Positions 45,862 to 55,362 of a stretch of DNA of 64,000 nucleotides are shown piece after piece. The position numbers and the translations under genes are program-made. Origin of the DNA: a virus (Duplodnaviria; Heunggongvirae; Uroviricota; Caudoviricetes); the IMG/VR virus record IMGVR_UViG_3300050011_000047, positions 14,132-78,131 of that record; one strand, 5' to 3'. Numbering within the stretch: the first letter of the stretch is position 1; each line of letters starts with the position of its first letter. Under the pieces are notes generated by a model. The model was given only the letters and a program-made list of their open reading frames with translations. It was not told the DNA's origin and did not search any database.

Positions 45862-46256
45862 TGTGCAGCCGTCATGTTGTCGAGCGTGCGCAGTTCGTTG
45901 AGGCGGCGCACGAATGCCATGTACCGCGCCTTGGTGGCCGGATAGCCGAGCACGTACTCCCGCGTGCGCTCCTCCCACGGGCCGAACGTCGTGCCCTCGG
46001 GGAACTGCACGGCAGTGAGGTCGTACTCCACGTCATTGTCGAGGAGGTTGGCGTAGTGCGACTCCTCGGTGCCGTCCGGCAGCACTGCCACCGTGCGGAT
46101 CAGGCGACCGCCGATGCAGTCCTGAATGATGCACGCGGTGATCGCGCACTGTCCGCGCGAGCGGTTCTTCGTCGTCCACTTATCCGGGCTCGCGCTCGTC
46201 TCCTTGCTCCACGCGCGCCGGATGATCCCTACGTCGAGTGCCTCAGGTGCGCTCAT
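45858..46256 (-). CDS. hypothetical protein
   Basis: 132 aa, ATGA-coupled on both sides. Confidence 0.4.
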   Translation of the reverse strand: MSAPEALDVGIIRRAWSKETSASPDKWTTKNRSRGQCAITACIIQDCIGGRLIRTVAVLPDGTEESHYANLLDNDVEYDLTAVQFPEGTTFGPWEERTREYVLGYPATKARYMAFVRRLNELRTLDNMTAAQ

Positions 46257-46822
46257 GACTGTGCTCCCGCCGCGCCGTGGAACCGCTCATAGCCACCGGG
46301 TATGCAACACCCGTCGCAGCCGTGCACGCTGTAGTCCTGACCACGCGAGAGATGGAACTCCAAGTCATCGGGATCGGGGTGGCCGATGCCGTGCGGGCAG
46401 ATACGCTCCATGTGTGGCCCCTTGATGTCGAACATGCCGCCGTCGCGCCAGTTCGTAGACCACGAGCGCATGTGGTGGTCGGACGGGCGGTGGATCGTGC
46501 AGGCTCTCCCTTCGCAGTCGGCCTCCGAATGCACGTTCGTGATGACCTGGCCGACGCCGGTCGTATAGACCTGCACGGCCTCGTACTCCTGCTCGGGGTA
46601 CCAACCGGCGTCCGTATCGAAGATGACCTCGCCCGACTTGTTGAGCACCTGCACGCGCACAGGCTCGATTGCTTCGGGGCCGAGCACGCCGAGCACGAGC
46701 GCCTCGATGTCGGCCTTGTCCATGTACGAGTACCACCCGTTGTCGTAGTACCCACCTGCGCGCGCCTTCTTGAACTCCTGCCGGAGCCGAAGTGCGGCCC
46801 TCTTTGCAGCGTCCGTTGTCAT
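46253..46822 (-). CDS. hypothetical protein (His/Cys-rich C-terminus)
   Basis: Start ATG (MTTDAAKRAALRL...) with an AAGGAG SD, overlapping the HNH stop. Confidence 0.4.
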   Translation of the reverse strand: MTTDAAKRAALRLRQEFKKARAGGYYDNGWYSYMDKADIEALVLGVLGPEAIEPVRVQVLNKSGEVIFDTDAGWYPEQEYEAVQVYTTGVGQVITNVHSEADCEGRACTIHRPSDHHMRSWSTNWRDGGMFDIKGPHMERICPHGIGHPDPDDLEFHLSRGQDYSVHGCDGCCIPGGYERFHGAAGAQS

Positions 46823-47292
46823 TTCTTTCTCCTTGTCTTGGCGGCAGCACTCATCCTTGCTCGCTGCTCCGGGGTTCTTTTTTGTCCACGGCATTTTTCA
46901 GCACGCTTACGGTTGTTCTCTGCCGACTCCTCCGGGTGTTCTTTGTGCCATCTTCGCAAGGATGCGCTGCGCTTAGCATTGGCTTCGGGTGTATGGGCAA
47001 ACTTGATACCAATTTTGTGAACACGCTTACCTGCCTCTAGCATGTGCGGCTTGGTTATCCCTTGATGATGGTGACGAATATGACAACTAGCATGTGTAGG
47101 GGAGAGGTTCTCCTTCGTGTTGTTATCTTTGTCTTCATCACAGTGGTGGATGTGTAATCGAGTTCTTGGGCTTTCGTCATCAATCTTAATCGCAGCACCA
47201 CAGAACACGCACTCCCAAGGACCGAGCCCATAAGACGCAAAGAACACTGCTTCACACTTTCTCCTTCTATTCATCGCGAAGCCAATCTGCAT
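46819..47292 (-). CDS. HNH homing endonuclease in a low-GC island
   Basis: ...CVFCGAAIKIDDESPRTRLHIHHCDEDKDNNTKENLSPTHASCHIRHH... GC drops over 46880-47620. Start uncertain (47328, 47292 or 47274). Confidence 0.55.
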   Translation of the reverse strand: MQIGFAMNRRRKCEAVFFASYGLGPWECVFCGAAIKIDDESPRTRLHIHHCDEDKDNNTKENLSPTHASCHIRHHHQGITKPHMLEAGKRVHKIGIKFAHTPEANAKRSASLRRWHKEHPEESAENNRKRAEKCRGQKRTPEQRARMSAAAKTRRKK

Positions 47293-49114
47293 CTTCCGTA
47301 TCAATGAACTTCGGAAAATCTGCGGCATAGTGTTGTCCCCAGCGGTGCACGATGTCTGTTTCTATTTCAAGAGTGACGCCGGGATATGTTTTACGCTCGG
47401 GCATCACATCCTCAATTATCCGACGAACCTCGTGACGGAGTTCGATAGGAACCTCGAATAGAAGTTCATCGTGGACTGCAAGACGGAAGAATGGGCCAAG
47501 CCCGGCATGGTCTAATTCTATCATTTTCGTTTTAAGAGTTACAGCACAAGACCCCTGAATACGGAAGTTGACGCCCTTGTATGCCTTGTCCGCCTCGACC
47601 GGCAGCCACCGTCCGTCGATCAGCGTGACGTGGCCGTAGCCCTTGCGCTTACCGCCTGCGGCCTCGATGACCTCACCTACGACCTGCCCGGCGAACTGCT
47701 TGATGCCGGGGAACATGTCGTCGTACAACTTGCGGAACTCACGAGCCATGCCCACGTCGATACCGGCGGTGACGGCGAACTTCTCCACACCTGCGCCGTA
47801 GATGTTGGCGAATGCGCCGTTCTTACAGAGGGTGCGTTGCGGCTTGGTGAAGTCGGCCCCGTAGATTTTCGAGGCAGCGAAGTTGTGCAAGTCCTCTCCA
47901 CGTGCGAACGCGGCTAGCATCTCGGGCTCCTGTGCGAACGACGCGAGCACGCGCAACTCCATGCCCGAGAAGTCAGCCATCACGAAGACGTGGCCGTCGC
48001 GCGGGATGATCGCATCGCGCACGACGCGCCCGCGCGGGAGCGTCTGTAGCGCAGGCTGCGTGACCGACATGCGGCCCGTGCGTGCGGCGACCGGCTTGGT
48101 ACTCGCATGCAGTTCGCCATACACACCTAGCCCGACGGCCTCGCCCTTGGGGTTGATGCCCTTACCCACATCTGCGAACTTGCGGATGTAGCCATTGAGC
48201 AACCGCTCGTCCTTGCGCCACCGCGAGAGCACTTCGGCCATCGGGAACGATCCACCGGGCTCGGAGCCTAGCCACTTGAGCACGTCCTTGTCCACGGAGA
48301 GGTTGCCGTTCTCTGTGTAGACTTCCCACACTGCGCCCTGCTCGTGCAGCGCGTCGATGACTTGCTTATCCGAGCCGGGATTGAGGCCCGGCGCGAGCGC
48401 CTGCAACGCGGCTTCGGTAGCAGCGACGGCGTACGCGAGTTTGTCCTCCGCGAGTTGCCGGTACCCTTCGTCCACCCGGAGCCCGGCCAACTCGGCTTCG
48501 CGCAGGCAATGGATCGTGGCGAGTTCTACCTCGTACGGAACCTTGCGCGTCTCGGGGTACAACTTCCCGGCGAGCAGCGCGGAGAGACATGTGTCGAAGG
48601 CGGCGTACTGCCAGTATGCGGGCACCCACGTCGGGATCGTCTCCCATGTCCACCCGCCCTGCGCCATCGCCTTCTTGAGCAACTCCTCGCCCGCCTGCGC
48701 GCGCTTGTCGATGTGCCGACCGGCGGCAGGCTTGAGCCCCATGTACGCAGCGGGGTCGGCCAGGTGCGTCATAATCATGGAGTCGTGCGCCTGCGCCTGC
48801 GGGATGACGATGCCGTCGAACTTGAGCATCTTCGAGTCGAACAGGAGGTTGTGGCACACGATCTTGCCGGTGTACCGTTCGACTGCATCGCGCACCGCAC
48901 CCTTCCACTCGTCGTACGGGAGCGCCCACCCGACGTTCTCATCCCCGAACTGCGCAAGCCGAATGTAGTCGTAGCCGACGAGCAGCCCCGTCGTCTCGAC
49001 ATCGACCGCGAGGAACTCGCGCCGCTGCCCGAGCCATTGGAAGAACTCGGTCACGTGATCCATCGACGCCACGCGGCGCAATGAGATGTTCGCGATGTTG
49101 TCGAGCCCGCTCAC
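47267..49114 (-). CDS. family A DNA polymerase (3'-5' exonuclease plus polymerase domains)
   Basis: Exo I LAVDVETTGL. Motif A DFSGMELRVLA. Motif B RTLCKNGAFANIYGAG. Motif C VHDELLFEVP. Confidence 0.75.
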   Translation of the reverse strand: MSGLDNIANISLRRVASMDHVTEFFQWLGQRREFLAVDVETTGLLVGYDYIRLAQFGDENVGWALPYDEWKGAVRDAVERYTGKIVCHNLLFDSKMLKFDGIVIPQAQAHDSMIMTHLADPAAYMGLKPAAGRHIDKRAQAGEELLKKAMAQGGWTWETIPTWVPAYWQYAAFDTCLSALLAGKLYPETRKVPYEVELATIHCLREAELAGLRVDEGYRQLAEDKLAYAVAATEAALQALAPGLNPGSDKQVIDALHEQGAVWEVYTENGNLSVDKDVLKWLGSEPGGSFPMAEVLSRWRKDERLLNGYIRKFADVGKGINPKGEAVGLGVYGELHASTKPVAARTGRMSVTQPALQTLPRGRVVRDAIIPRDGHVFVMADFSGMELRVLASFAQEPEMLAAFARGEDLHNFAASKIYGADFTKPQRTLCKNGAFANIYGAGVEKFAVTAGIDVGMAREFRKLYDDMFPGIKQFAGQVVGEVIEAAGGKRKGYGHVTLIDGRWLPVEADKAYKGVNFRIQGSCAVTLKTKMIELDHAGLGPFFRLAVHDELLFEVPIELRHEVRRIIEDVMPERKTYPGVTLEIETDIVHRWGQHYAADFPKFIDTEDADWLRDE

Positions 49115-49170
49115 CTATTCATCACTCGGGTAGAGAAACTCTTTTACGTGTAAGATTGCGCGGTAGTCGC

Positions 49171-49518
49171 TCATGCGAACCGTCCGTTGATTCGTGCTTG
49201 CGGCTCGGGCTCGATGATCGAAGCGAAGACGGCTTGCGCTTGCTCGCGCTTGGGTGCAGAGAGATACGGAAACAGCGCCTCGATGACGGCGCGAGCGGTC
49301 ATACCTCCGTAAGTCAGACGGTACGCCTCGTTCCCTTGCTTGTCTCGGTATGGCCCACCCACTCGACCACCGAGCACAGCAGCGAAACGGTCGAGCGGGC
49401 GGCGATCCTTCTGTCCGAGTTGAACTTGAAGATCGCAGGGCCGAGACTTCTCCGGGTTGGCTAGGTTGGTGCTGCCTTCACCATCGAAGAAGCCTGCGGC
49501 CCATGCGAGTTCGCTCAT
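49171..49518 (-). CDS. LAGLIDADG-family homing endonuclease (paralogue 3)
   Basis: MSELAWAAGFFDGEGSTNL...LGGRVGGPY... closely parallels 10741-11202 and 35409-35819. Confidence 0.6.
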   Translation of the reverse strand: MSELAWAAGFFDGEGSTNLANPEKSRPCDLQVQLGQKDRRPLDRFAAVLGGRVGGPYRDKQGNEAYRLTYGGMTARAVIEALFPYLSAPKREQAQAVFASIIEPEPQARINGRFA

Positions 49519-49640
49519 CGGTATCGCGTTGGCGTGGTGAGCATGGTGACGATGATCGGCACGGCGGCGAGCGCGAAGAACCACGGGCTCACTGCGATAC
49601 CGAGCACGATCCCAAGCACGAACAGAAATATCCCTGCCAT
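49515..49640 (-). CDS. 41-aa hydrophobic membrane peptide
   Basis: MAGIFLFVLGIVLGIAVSPWFFALAAVPIIVTMLTTPTRYR. Strong SD CTAGGAGGACAC. ATGA overlap with the homing endonuclease start. Below the ORF-track cutoff. Confidence 0.35.
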   Translation of the reverse strand: MAGIFLFVLGIVLGIAVSPWFFALAAVPIIVTMLTTPTRYR

Positions 49641-49648
49641 GTGTCCTC

Positions 49649-50278
49649 CTAGCGGTCGAGGTCGAGCGCCTCGATGCCGCCGGAGCGCAGCGCACCCGCG
49701 ACGAGCATGTAAGCGTCGAGCGTTTTGTAGAGGTCTTCGATGCTGCCATTGTTGTAGAGCACGGTGTCCACGAGTTCCTTCGGCAAGGAATCCTCGCTCG
49801 CGTGCGCATCGGCAGTGTCCGATGAGTCGCGCACGATTTCGATGATGGTGCCGCCCGCGTCACGCACGGCGGAGCACTCGTTCACGAATCGCGAGTCCGT
49901 GATGACGTAGTTCTCGTTGGCGTCGAGCGCCTCGATGAGTTGTCGCGTCCAAAAGTCCGCGCCGAACACATCGCGGTGTCCTTCGGTGCCGTAGAACTGT
50001 AGGTACTCGCGCACCGAGATGTCCACGACTACCTCGGCGTCATCCTCACTGTGCTCGTCACCCGCGTAGATGAGCAACTGCACCCGCGCGCACGGATCGT
50101 TCTTCCACTCCTCGAACGTCTCCGGGTCAGGAGGGAGCCCGAGCGATGCGGCGGCACTCACCTTGAGTGGCACTGCGAATGACACACGAGTGTAGCCACA
50201 CCTCTCTACGAGGTACGCACCTGCGGTGTCCTTGCCCGAGTCCTTCTTGCCGTTGAGGCCGATGATGCGGTAAGCCAT
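49649..50278 (-). CDS. deoxynucleoside monophosphate kinase (T4 gp1-like P-loop kinase)
   Basis: MAYRIIGLNGKKDSGKDT... (P-loop, T4 Dnk-like SGKDT). SD GAGGAGGA. Confidence 0.5.
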   Translation of the reverse strand: MAYRIIGLNGKKDSGKDTAGAYLVERCGYTRVSFAVPLKVSAAASLGLPPDPETFEEWKNDPCARVQLLIYAGDEHSEDDAEVVVDISVREYLQFYGTEGHRDVFGADFWTRQLIEALDANENYVITDSRFVNECSAVRDAGGTIIEIVRDSSDTADAHASEDSLPKELVDTVLYNNGSIEDLYKTLDAYMLVAGALRSGGIEALDLDR

Positions 50279-50455
50279 GTCTCCTCCTCAGAAGTTGGGC
50301 ACACCCTAGCACACGAATCACTCGCGCGGGGGATCAAGTTGTAGATGAGATTGGGGGGCGCTCCGGGAAGACCGGAAGGAGGATAACGGTTCTTCGCTTA
50401 TGGCGAAGCGCCCGCCCACAATCTCTAAGTCTGCCCGGAGTGTAGCAGGTTCGGG

Positions 50456-51304
50456 CTAGCGGTGATGTGAGAGCCGGGCTTCGAGGAAGCGGAGCCCCTC
50501 GACCTGCCGGGTCTTCACCGTGTTCACCGTGATGCCGAGGCGCTTGGCGATGTCATCGACGCCGAGTGGCGTCCGCCCGTAGAGCCCGAAGTGGAGTTCG
50601 AGCACCCGGCGGCTCATGCGTCCGCGTGAGCGGTCGGCGCTCTCCTTCTCCAACGCCACGAGCGCGGTGTAGAGTTCGTCCGAGATGTCGTCCTCCACGT
50701 CGGAGGGATCGACTGCGTTCGGGTCGGCCTGCGCATCGAGGAGCGTGTGCGTGTGTTCGTCCGAAGTCATCTCGCGGTCGAGGGACGCGGTGACCTCTGC
50801 GGCCCCCACGGCGCGCTCAACCTCGCGCGGGTCGAGGTCGAGGAGGTCGGCCAGGAACTCGATGTCGGCCTCGGGATACTTGACCTTGACGGCGAGAATC
50901 TTGGCGCGAGAGGCGGCGACCGACGACGGCAGCCGGATGGCGCTCCCGCCGGACGTGAGCCCGCGTTGGATGGCCTGCTTGATCCACAGGGTTGCGTACG
51001 TCGAGAAGCGGATGTTGCGCTCAGGATCGAACTTCTCGGCGGCGCGGTGTAGCCCCTTGATGCCCTCCTGCACCACGTCGGCCATTGAGATGCCCCGGTT
51101 GCGGTAGTAGCGTGCGACGGAGACGACGAGCCGGATGTTGCAGAGGACGAGTTCGTTCCGCGCGTCGAGCGCATCCCGCGTGAGCCCCTTCGCGTTCGTG
51201 CCTGCGCGCACGCGCCGACCGAGCGCCTTCTCCTCGTGCGCGGTGAGCAGCCGGTGGTCAGCGGCAGCCGCGAGGAACTTTTGTAGGCCGTGATCGTCTG
51301 TCAT
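50456..51304 (-). CDS. sigma-70 family RNA polymerase sigma factor
   Basis: Region 2 ...YATLWIKQAIQRGL..., region 4.2 ...LDDIAKRLGITVNTVKTRQVEGLRFL. Confidence 0.7.
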   Translation of the reverse strand: MTDDHGLQKFLAAAADHRLLTAHEEKALGRRVRAGTNAKGLTRDALDARNELVLCNIRLVVSVARYYRNRGISMADVVQEGIKGLHRAAEKFDPERNIRFSTYATLWIKQAIQRGLTSGGSAIRLPSSVAASRAKILAVKVKYPEADIEFLADLLDLDPREVERAVGAAEVTASLDREMTSDEHTHTLLDAQADPNAVDPSDVEDDISDELYTALVALEKESADRSRGRMSRRVLELHFGLYGRTPLGVDDIAKRLGITVNTVKTRQVEGLRFLEARLSHHR

Positions 51305-51364
51305 AGCAACGAAAAGAGGGCTCCCGTGGGGAGCCCTCCTTCGCTGCCGAGTGTAGCACGAGGG

Positions 51365-51835
51365 CTACGCGGCGGCGCGATATATCCGCTTGTGGTACTC
51401 CTTCATGGACTCGCCCGGCTTGAGTTGTACTACTGTAGCCGGAGCCGGAGCCGGAGCCGGAGTCGAAGTTTCCAAACGCTCGCGGGCGGCGCGTGCTGCT
51501 TCACGTTCACCTATGAAAGTGCCGTCTCTTTCGAGCGCGAGCAGTTTAGTGATGCGTGCATCATGCTCGGTTACATCAAGCCTGCGATCCCATGAGGCAC
51601 AGGCACGATCAAGCCCCTCCTTGAGTGCGAGAATCTCCTCCCGGACTTCAAGCATCTGCTCCTTAGTAAAGCGCGTATCGGATACCACACGATCCATTGC
51701 ACCGCCGACGAGAAGTATGTCAATCATCTCTAGCACACGGCCCCGAGAGCGGATGGCGTTGTCCTTACTTTGGGCGAGCACTTCTGCGTTGACCTGAGCA
51801 GTGTAAGCCTCAGGGTCGAGCGGTGTGCTGGTCAT
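51365..51835 (-). CDS. hypothetical protein
   Basis: Start at MTSTPLDPEAY with an AAGGAGATGG SD. Contains an APAPAPA tract encoded by a (GCCGGA)n repeat. Confidence 0.4.
   Translation of the reverse strand: MTSTPLDPEAYTAQVNAEVLAQSKDNAIRSRGRVLEMIDILLVGGAMDRVVSDTRFTKEQMLEVREEILALKEGLDRACASWDRRLDVTEHDARITKLLALERDGTFIGEREAARAARERLETSTPAPAPAPATVVQLKPGESMKEYHKRIYRAAA
51441..51470. repeat. hexanucleotide tandem repeat (GCCGGA)x4-5
   Basis: gccggagccggagccggagccggag read directly. Confidence 0.4.
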
Positions 51836-51995
51836 GGAGCACCATCTCCTTCTGTCCGAGGGAAGCCCGTGGCTCGTGATTGAGGCAGCGGGGTGCTCTC
51901 GAACTTGACTCAGCATACAGACAAGTTGTATCCCGTGTCAAGGTAAATAAAAAGGCTCCCTCGAAGGGGAGCCTTTTTGGGGGGTTTTTGGGGGT

Positions 51996-53123
51996 TTACG
52001 CGGCGACCTTGGCGACCTCCCGGATGAGCGGGATGATGACGTTCTTCGCTGCGTTCGGCTTGAGCAGTGTGCGGTTGACGTACGAGGTCAGGTTCGCCTC
52101 GACGGGGGAACCGCCACGACCGGGGCGCAGGTGATCGAGGTACTCGGTGGCGGCGTTGAACGCGCCCCACCCGGTGAAGCGATGCGCCTCGGGGATCGAC
52201 TTCGAGCGGAGCGCGCCGTAGACTGCGGCCCGCGCCTCCTCGATGTTCCGGGCGACACGATCCGACACCTGCATCGAAGCGTCGAGCGCCGAGGACGGAT
52301 ACGGGATGAACGTCTCCACGAACTCCTTGCGCTGCGTCTCGGTGAGTTCGATCTTCGCGAGCGATTCCGCGAGGGCCTGAAACTCCGAGTGCTCGATCAT
52401 GATGCCCTTGAGCGCCATCTTCGCGTCCTTGATGCGATCCGCGACGTTCCGTGTGTGCTTGAAGGTGAATAGGCGACCCATGCGGGCAGCCTCGCCCTCC
52501 GCCGCTGCGACCGTGTTGGCGCAGACTTCGCGGACGCTCGTGCCGCCGACGTTGAGTGCACCGGCACCATCGTGGCGCCAGTTGGCGAACAGGTACGGGT
52601 AGACCTTAGAGTCGTCGCCGTCGATCATGAACGGGTGATCGAGGTACGCGGTGACGAAGCAGGATGCGCCACCTTCGAGCACGCCACCCGTTTCGTAGTT
52701 GAGCCGGAGCCCCTTGTTGATCGACTCGTCCGAGAGGATCGTGTCGAGGATGTCCCACGGTACCGTATTCTGAATCGGCTCGTAGGACTTGTTCACCATC
52801 TTGATCGACTTGCCGTGCAGCGGGCCGGGTGCGCCATCGCGCAGTTGCGAGAGGCGGAGCCCCTTCTCCCGTGTCGAGCGCCGATACGAGCGCCACTCGA
52901 TGAGGTTCGTATCCTCGTTCCGCACGCGAACCATCGGGCCGGTGTACGTCTGCGGGTCAACGAGCCCGCCCTCGTCACCTGCCATCGTCTCCACGAGCGT
53001 GAAGTCGTGGCCCGCCGCCATGAAGGCGACCTCGCGACCGGGGTACTCGTCAAACACTACGTTTTCGAGGCGATGCCAACTCGGAACGCGGGTGCAAAAA
53101 CCTTGGTCATAGAGAGCGCTCAT
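51996..53123 (-). CDS. conserved hypothetical protein (375 aa)
   Basis: Strong SD GAAGGAGG. High GC3. No family recognised with confidence. Confidence 0.45.
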   Translation of the reverse strand: MSALYDQGFCTRVPSWHRLENVVFDEYPGREVAFMAAGHDFTLVETMAGDEGGLVDPQTYTGPMVRVRNEDTNLIEWRSYRRSTREKGLRLSQLRDGAPGPLHGKSIKMVNKSYEPIQNTVPWDILDTILSDESINKGLRLNYETGGVLEGGASCFVTAYLDHPFMIDGDDSKVYPYLFANWRHDGAGALNVGGTSVREVCANTVAAAEGEAARMGRLFTFKHTRNVADRIKDAKMALKGIMIEHSEFQALAESLAKIELTETQRKEFVETFIPYPSSALDASMQVSDRVARNIEEARAAVYGALRSKSIPEAHRFTGWGAFNAATEYLDHLRPGRGGSPVEANLTSYVNRTLLKPNAAKNVIIPLIREVAKVAA

Positions 53124-53202
53124 GCTGCCTTGCCTCCTTCGATTGGGGATTCCATGCGCATACGGTACCCCTACTATAACGCGCTGTCAAGGGGTGCGCG
53201 GC

Positions 53203-53694
53203 TTAGGAGTGTCGAAATCTGTCGCTCTCCGGGATATCCACCATTCGCCGAACACGATGTCCCTGCTTACGGCGCTTTTCCGGCGGAATAGCCTTCGCCA
53301 CGGTGGCATGATGGCAGCCTAGAATGTCGCCCACCTCTCGGCATGTGAAGCCCTCCTCATAAAGCCGAAGCGCTTCTGTCCTGTCGATCACGTGGCCCTT
53401 ACCACCGCCGCCTCCATTGGTGTTCCACGGTGGTGTGAGGCGCTCGATACACTCGCGTTCGGCCTCCATGACGTCCTCCCGTGACCCGGCCCACAGGATA
53501 ACGTAGCGTACGTCTGCGCGGGGTACAGGATGGTGGTAGTTCGTGGTGAGCCGCGCGGCGGGGTGCATGGTCGTCGCACCCACATAGACGATGCGCTCGG
53601 GATCGAATGTCGTCACGAGCCCATAGACGACGGCCTCGCCCTCAACCGGACGATTCGGGTCAAAATGTGTCGCACTTTGTATGTTATCGGACAT
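53203..53694 (-). CDS. GIY-YIG-like endonuclease with C-terminal HTH
   Basis: ...VVYGLVTTFDPERIVYVGATT...R... is GIY-YIG-like. HTH EALRLYEEGFTCREVGDILGCHHATVAKAI. Preceded by TATAAT 8 nt before the ATG (leaderless). Confidence 0.4.
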   Translation of the reverse strand: MSDNIQSATHFDPNRPVEGEAVVYGLVTTFDPERIVYVGATTMHPAARLTTNYHHPVPRADVRYVILWAGSREDVMEAERECIERLTPPWNTNGGGGGKGHVIDRTEALRLYEEGFTCREVGDILGCHHATVAKAIPPEKRRKQGHRVRRMVDIPESDRFRHS

Positions 53695-53730
53695 CGAGCG
53701 ACATTATAGCGACATTCATGAACCGGGATC
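53695..53730 (-). promoter_or_regulatory. leaderless promoter: perfect -10 TATAAT, 8 nt, then ATG 53694; embedded direct repeat ATGTCGCT x2
   Basis: Minus-strand reading gaATGTCGCTATAATGTCGCTcgATGtcc. Confidence 0.35.
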
Positions 53731-54642
53731 GCGATGCGAGAGTACGCCGACGGCCCACTCGGCGGCGTCCGCGAGCACGTCGCCGTGGCACGCCTGCGGC
53801 GCGCACCAACACCCGAGCCGCTGCCCGTGGAGCGCGGCGAGCGCCTCGATCAGTCCGGGCTCGCTCGCGCGGATTCGTGCCTTTAGCCACAAGCGGTAGT
53901 GCTCGATGGCCTCCTCGCGCGTGGCGACCACGTGCTGCGCGTTCGTGCCCTGCTCGTGCGAGTACGGGTTGCCCCACGGGCCGGGCCTGCCGATGTAGAT
54001 GTCGTAGGGCTCGCGCTGCGAGTGCACGACCGTGGCCCGCACCGGCTCGCGGGGCTCCGTCCACACCTGGCCCGTCTCGTCATCGCGGAGCGCCACGCCC
54101 GGCGGCAGCGGGAAGCACTGCGCCGACGCCTCCTCCCACGTATCCCACGAGGTCACGTATGACTCGTAGGCATCCTCGGCCTCGCCCGCGCGGATGCGCT
54201 CGAACAGCACGAAGCGCCCGGCCTTGAGGCCCTGCTCGGGTGGCATGTCCGTCTCGCACTGCGTCGGCGTGCAGCCATCGGTCTTCGATCCGCAGATGAG
54301 GCAGCCGTAGTGCTCGTGCGAGCAGTTGCCGCACTCGCAGCCGACGGGGTGCGGGGCCGGGATGCGGGCGGCGATGCGCTCGTCCACGGAGAGCGCGTGC
54401 TGCGCCAACTGCTCGGCGTCGCGCTTACCCTTCGCGGTGGCCTTGTGCTTGCGCACGGGGATCGGTGCGTCGGCGGGAATCGAGAGCCCGGCGGGCGCGA
54501 GGTAGGCGACGGGGCGCACGGTGATCGCTTTGCCGTCGGCGGAGCGGCAGTCCACGTAGGCATCGGAGCAGACGCGCGAGAGCCCCTCGATGTGCCATTC
54601 GATGCCTGCGGCGTCCGTGAAGGAGTGCGGGCCGGTCTTCAT
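53716..54642 (-). CDS. DUF4326-domain protein with N-terminal Cys-rich region
   Basis: ...YDIYIGRPGPWGNPY...LGCWCAPQACHGDVL matches the DUF4326 pattern. N-terminal ...CECGNCSHEHYGCLICGSKTDGCTPTQCE. Confidence 0.45.
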   Translation of the reverse strand: MKTGPHSFTDAAGIEWHIEGLSRVCSDAYVDCRSADGKAITVRPVAYLAPAGLSIPADAPIPVRKHKATAKGKRDAEQLAQHALSVDERIAARIPAPHPVGCECGNCSHEHYGCLICGSKTDGCTPTQCETDMPPEQGLKAGRFVLFERIRAGEAEDAYESYVTSWDTWEEASAQCFPLPPGVALRDDETGQVWTEPREPVRATVVHSQREPYDIYIGRPGPWGNPYSHEQGTNAQHVVATREEAIEHYRLWLKARIRASEPGLIEALAALHGQRLGCWCAPQACHGDVLADAAEWAVGVLSHRDPGS

Positions 54643-54827
54643 AGGGACACCTGCCACGGGTTACCATCATTCGTTATGCCTACGTGCCAAGCCGCGATGC
54701 GGAAGCACTTGAAGCACGCCTGTACCGGGCCGAGTCCGACTTGCTCCCACAACTCATCCGAGACGTGGAAGTTGTCAGCCGTCGCATTGCAGAGTCCGCA
54801 GTTCGCGCCTTCCAAGGGATCAATCAT
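54639..54827 (-). CDS. small zinc-ribbon-like protein
   Basis: ...CGLCNATADNFHVSDELWEQVGLGPVQACFKCF... has two CxxC pairs. Confidence 0.35.
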   Translation of the reverse strand: MIDPLEGANCGLCNATADNFHVSDELWEQVGLGPVQACFKCFRIAAWHVGITNDGNPWQVSL

Positions 54828-55009
54828 CTCGCAGCCCGACGCATCACGCGGTTGGCCGGGAGGATGCGCGTGTGCTGCTTACGTCCGCACTTGCACGTGT
54901 AGACCACAACTTGCACGCCATCGAGCCATGCGGTGTAGCGCGTCGGTGCGTGTCGCGTGAGCGTCAGGCACCACAGGTACATGAGCCACTGTGGGATAAA
55001 CCGTCTCAC
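54824..55009 (-). CDS. small hypothetical protein
   Basis: GTG start in GTGA overlap with the upstream stop. Contains CKCGRK. Confidence 0.3.
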   Translation of the reverse strand: MRRFIPQWLMYLWCLTLTRHAPTRYTAWLDGVQVVVYTCKCGRKQHTRILPANRVMRRAAR

Positions 55010-55362
55010 TCGGCGTATATCTCCTCCGCACGTCGAGTCGAGATGAACGTCCACTCGCCGTCGTAGTACATCGGGATAACTTCTCCTCGCTGCACGAGCA
55101 CCGCAACGGCATACTGCGCGTAATACAGATTGGCATTCGTCGTGTACTCGTGGATGATGTTCTCGACTGCTTGCTCGTCATCGGCATCCACGTCGATGAG
55201 CCCTTTCCCAATAGATTTCGCACACGCCATAACTTGCCTCTCGAACGCGCGCGGACTCACAAGTGTATCGTGGTCGATGCCGTCCTCAAGTTCAAAATCG
55301 CGCACGCCTTCGCGCTCGAAGAACTGTAGAATCAGCGCATCAAGGTAGGGGTCGTTATTCAT
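55006..55362 (-). CDS. hypothetical acidic protein
   Basis: 118 aa, ATGA-coupled. Confidence 0.4.
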   Translation of the reverse strand: MNNDPYLDALILQFFEREGVRDFELEDGIDHDTLVSPRAFERQVMACAKSIGKGLIDVDADDEQAVENIIHEYTTNANLYYAQYAVAVLVQRGEVIPMYYDGEWTFISTRRAEEIYAE

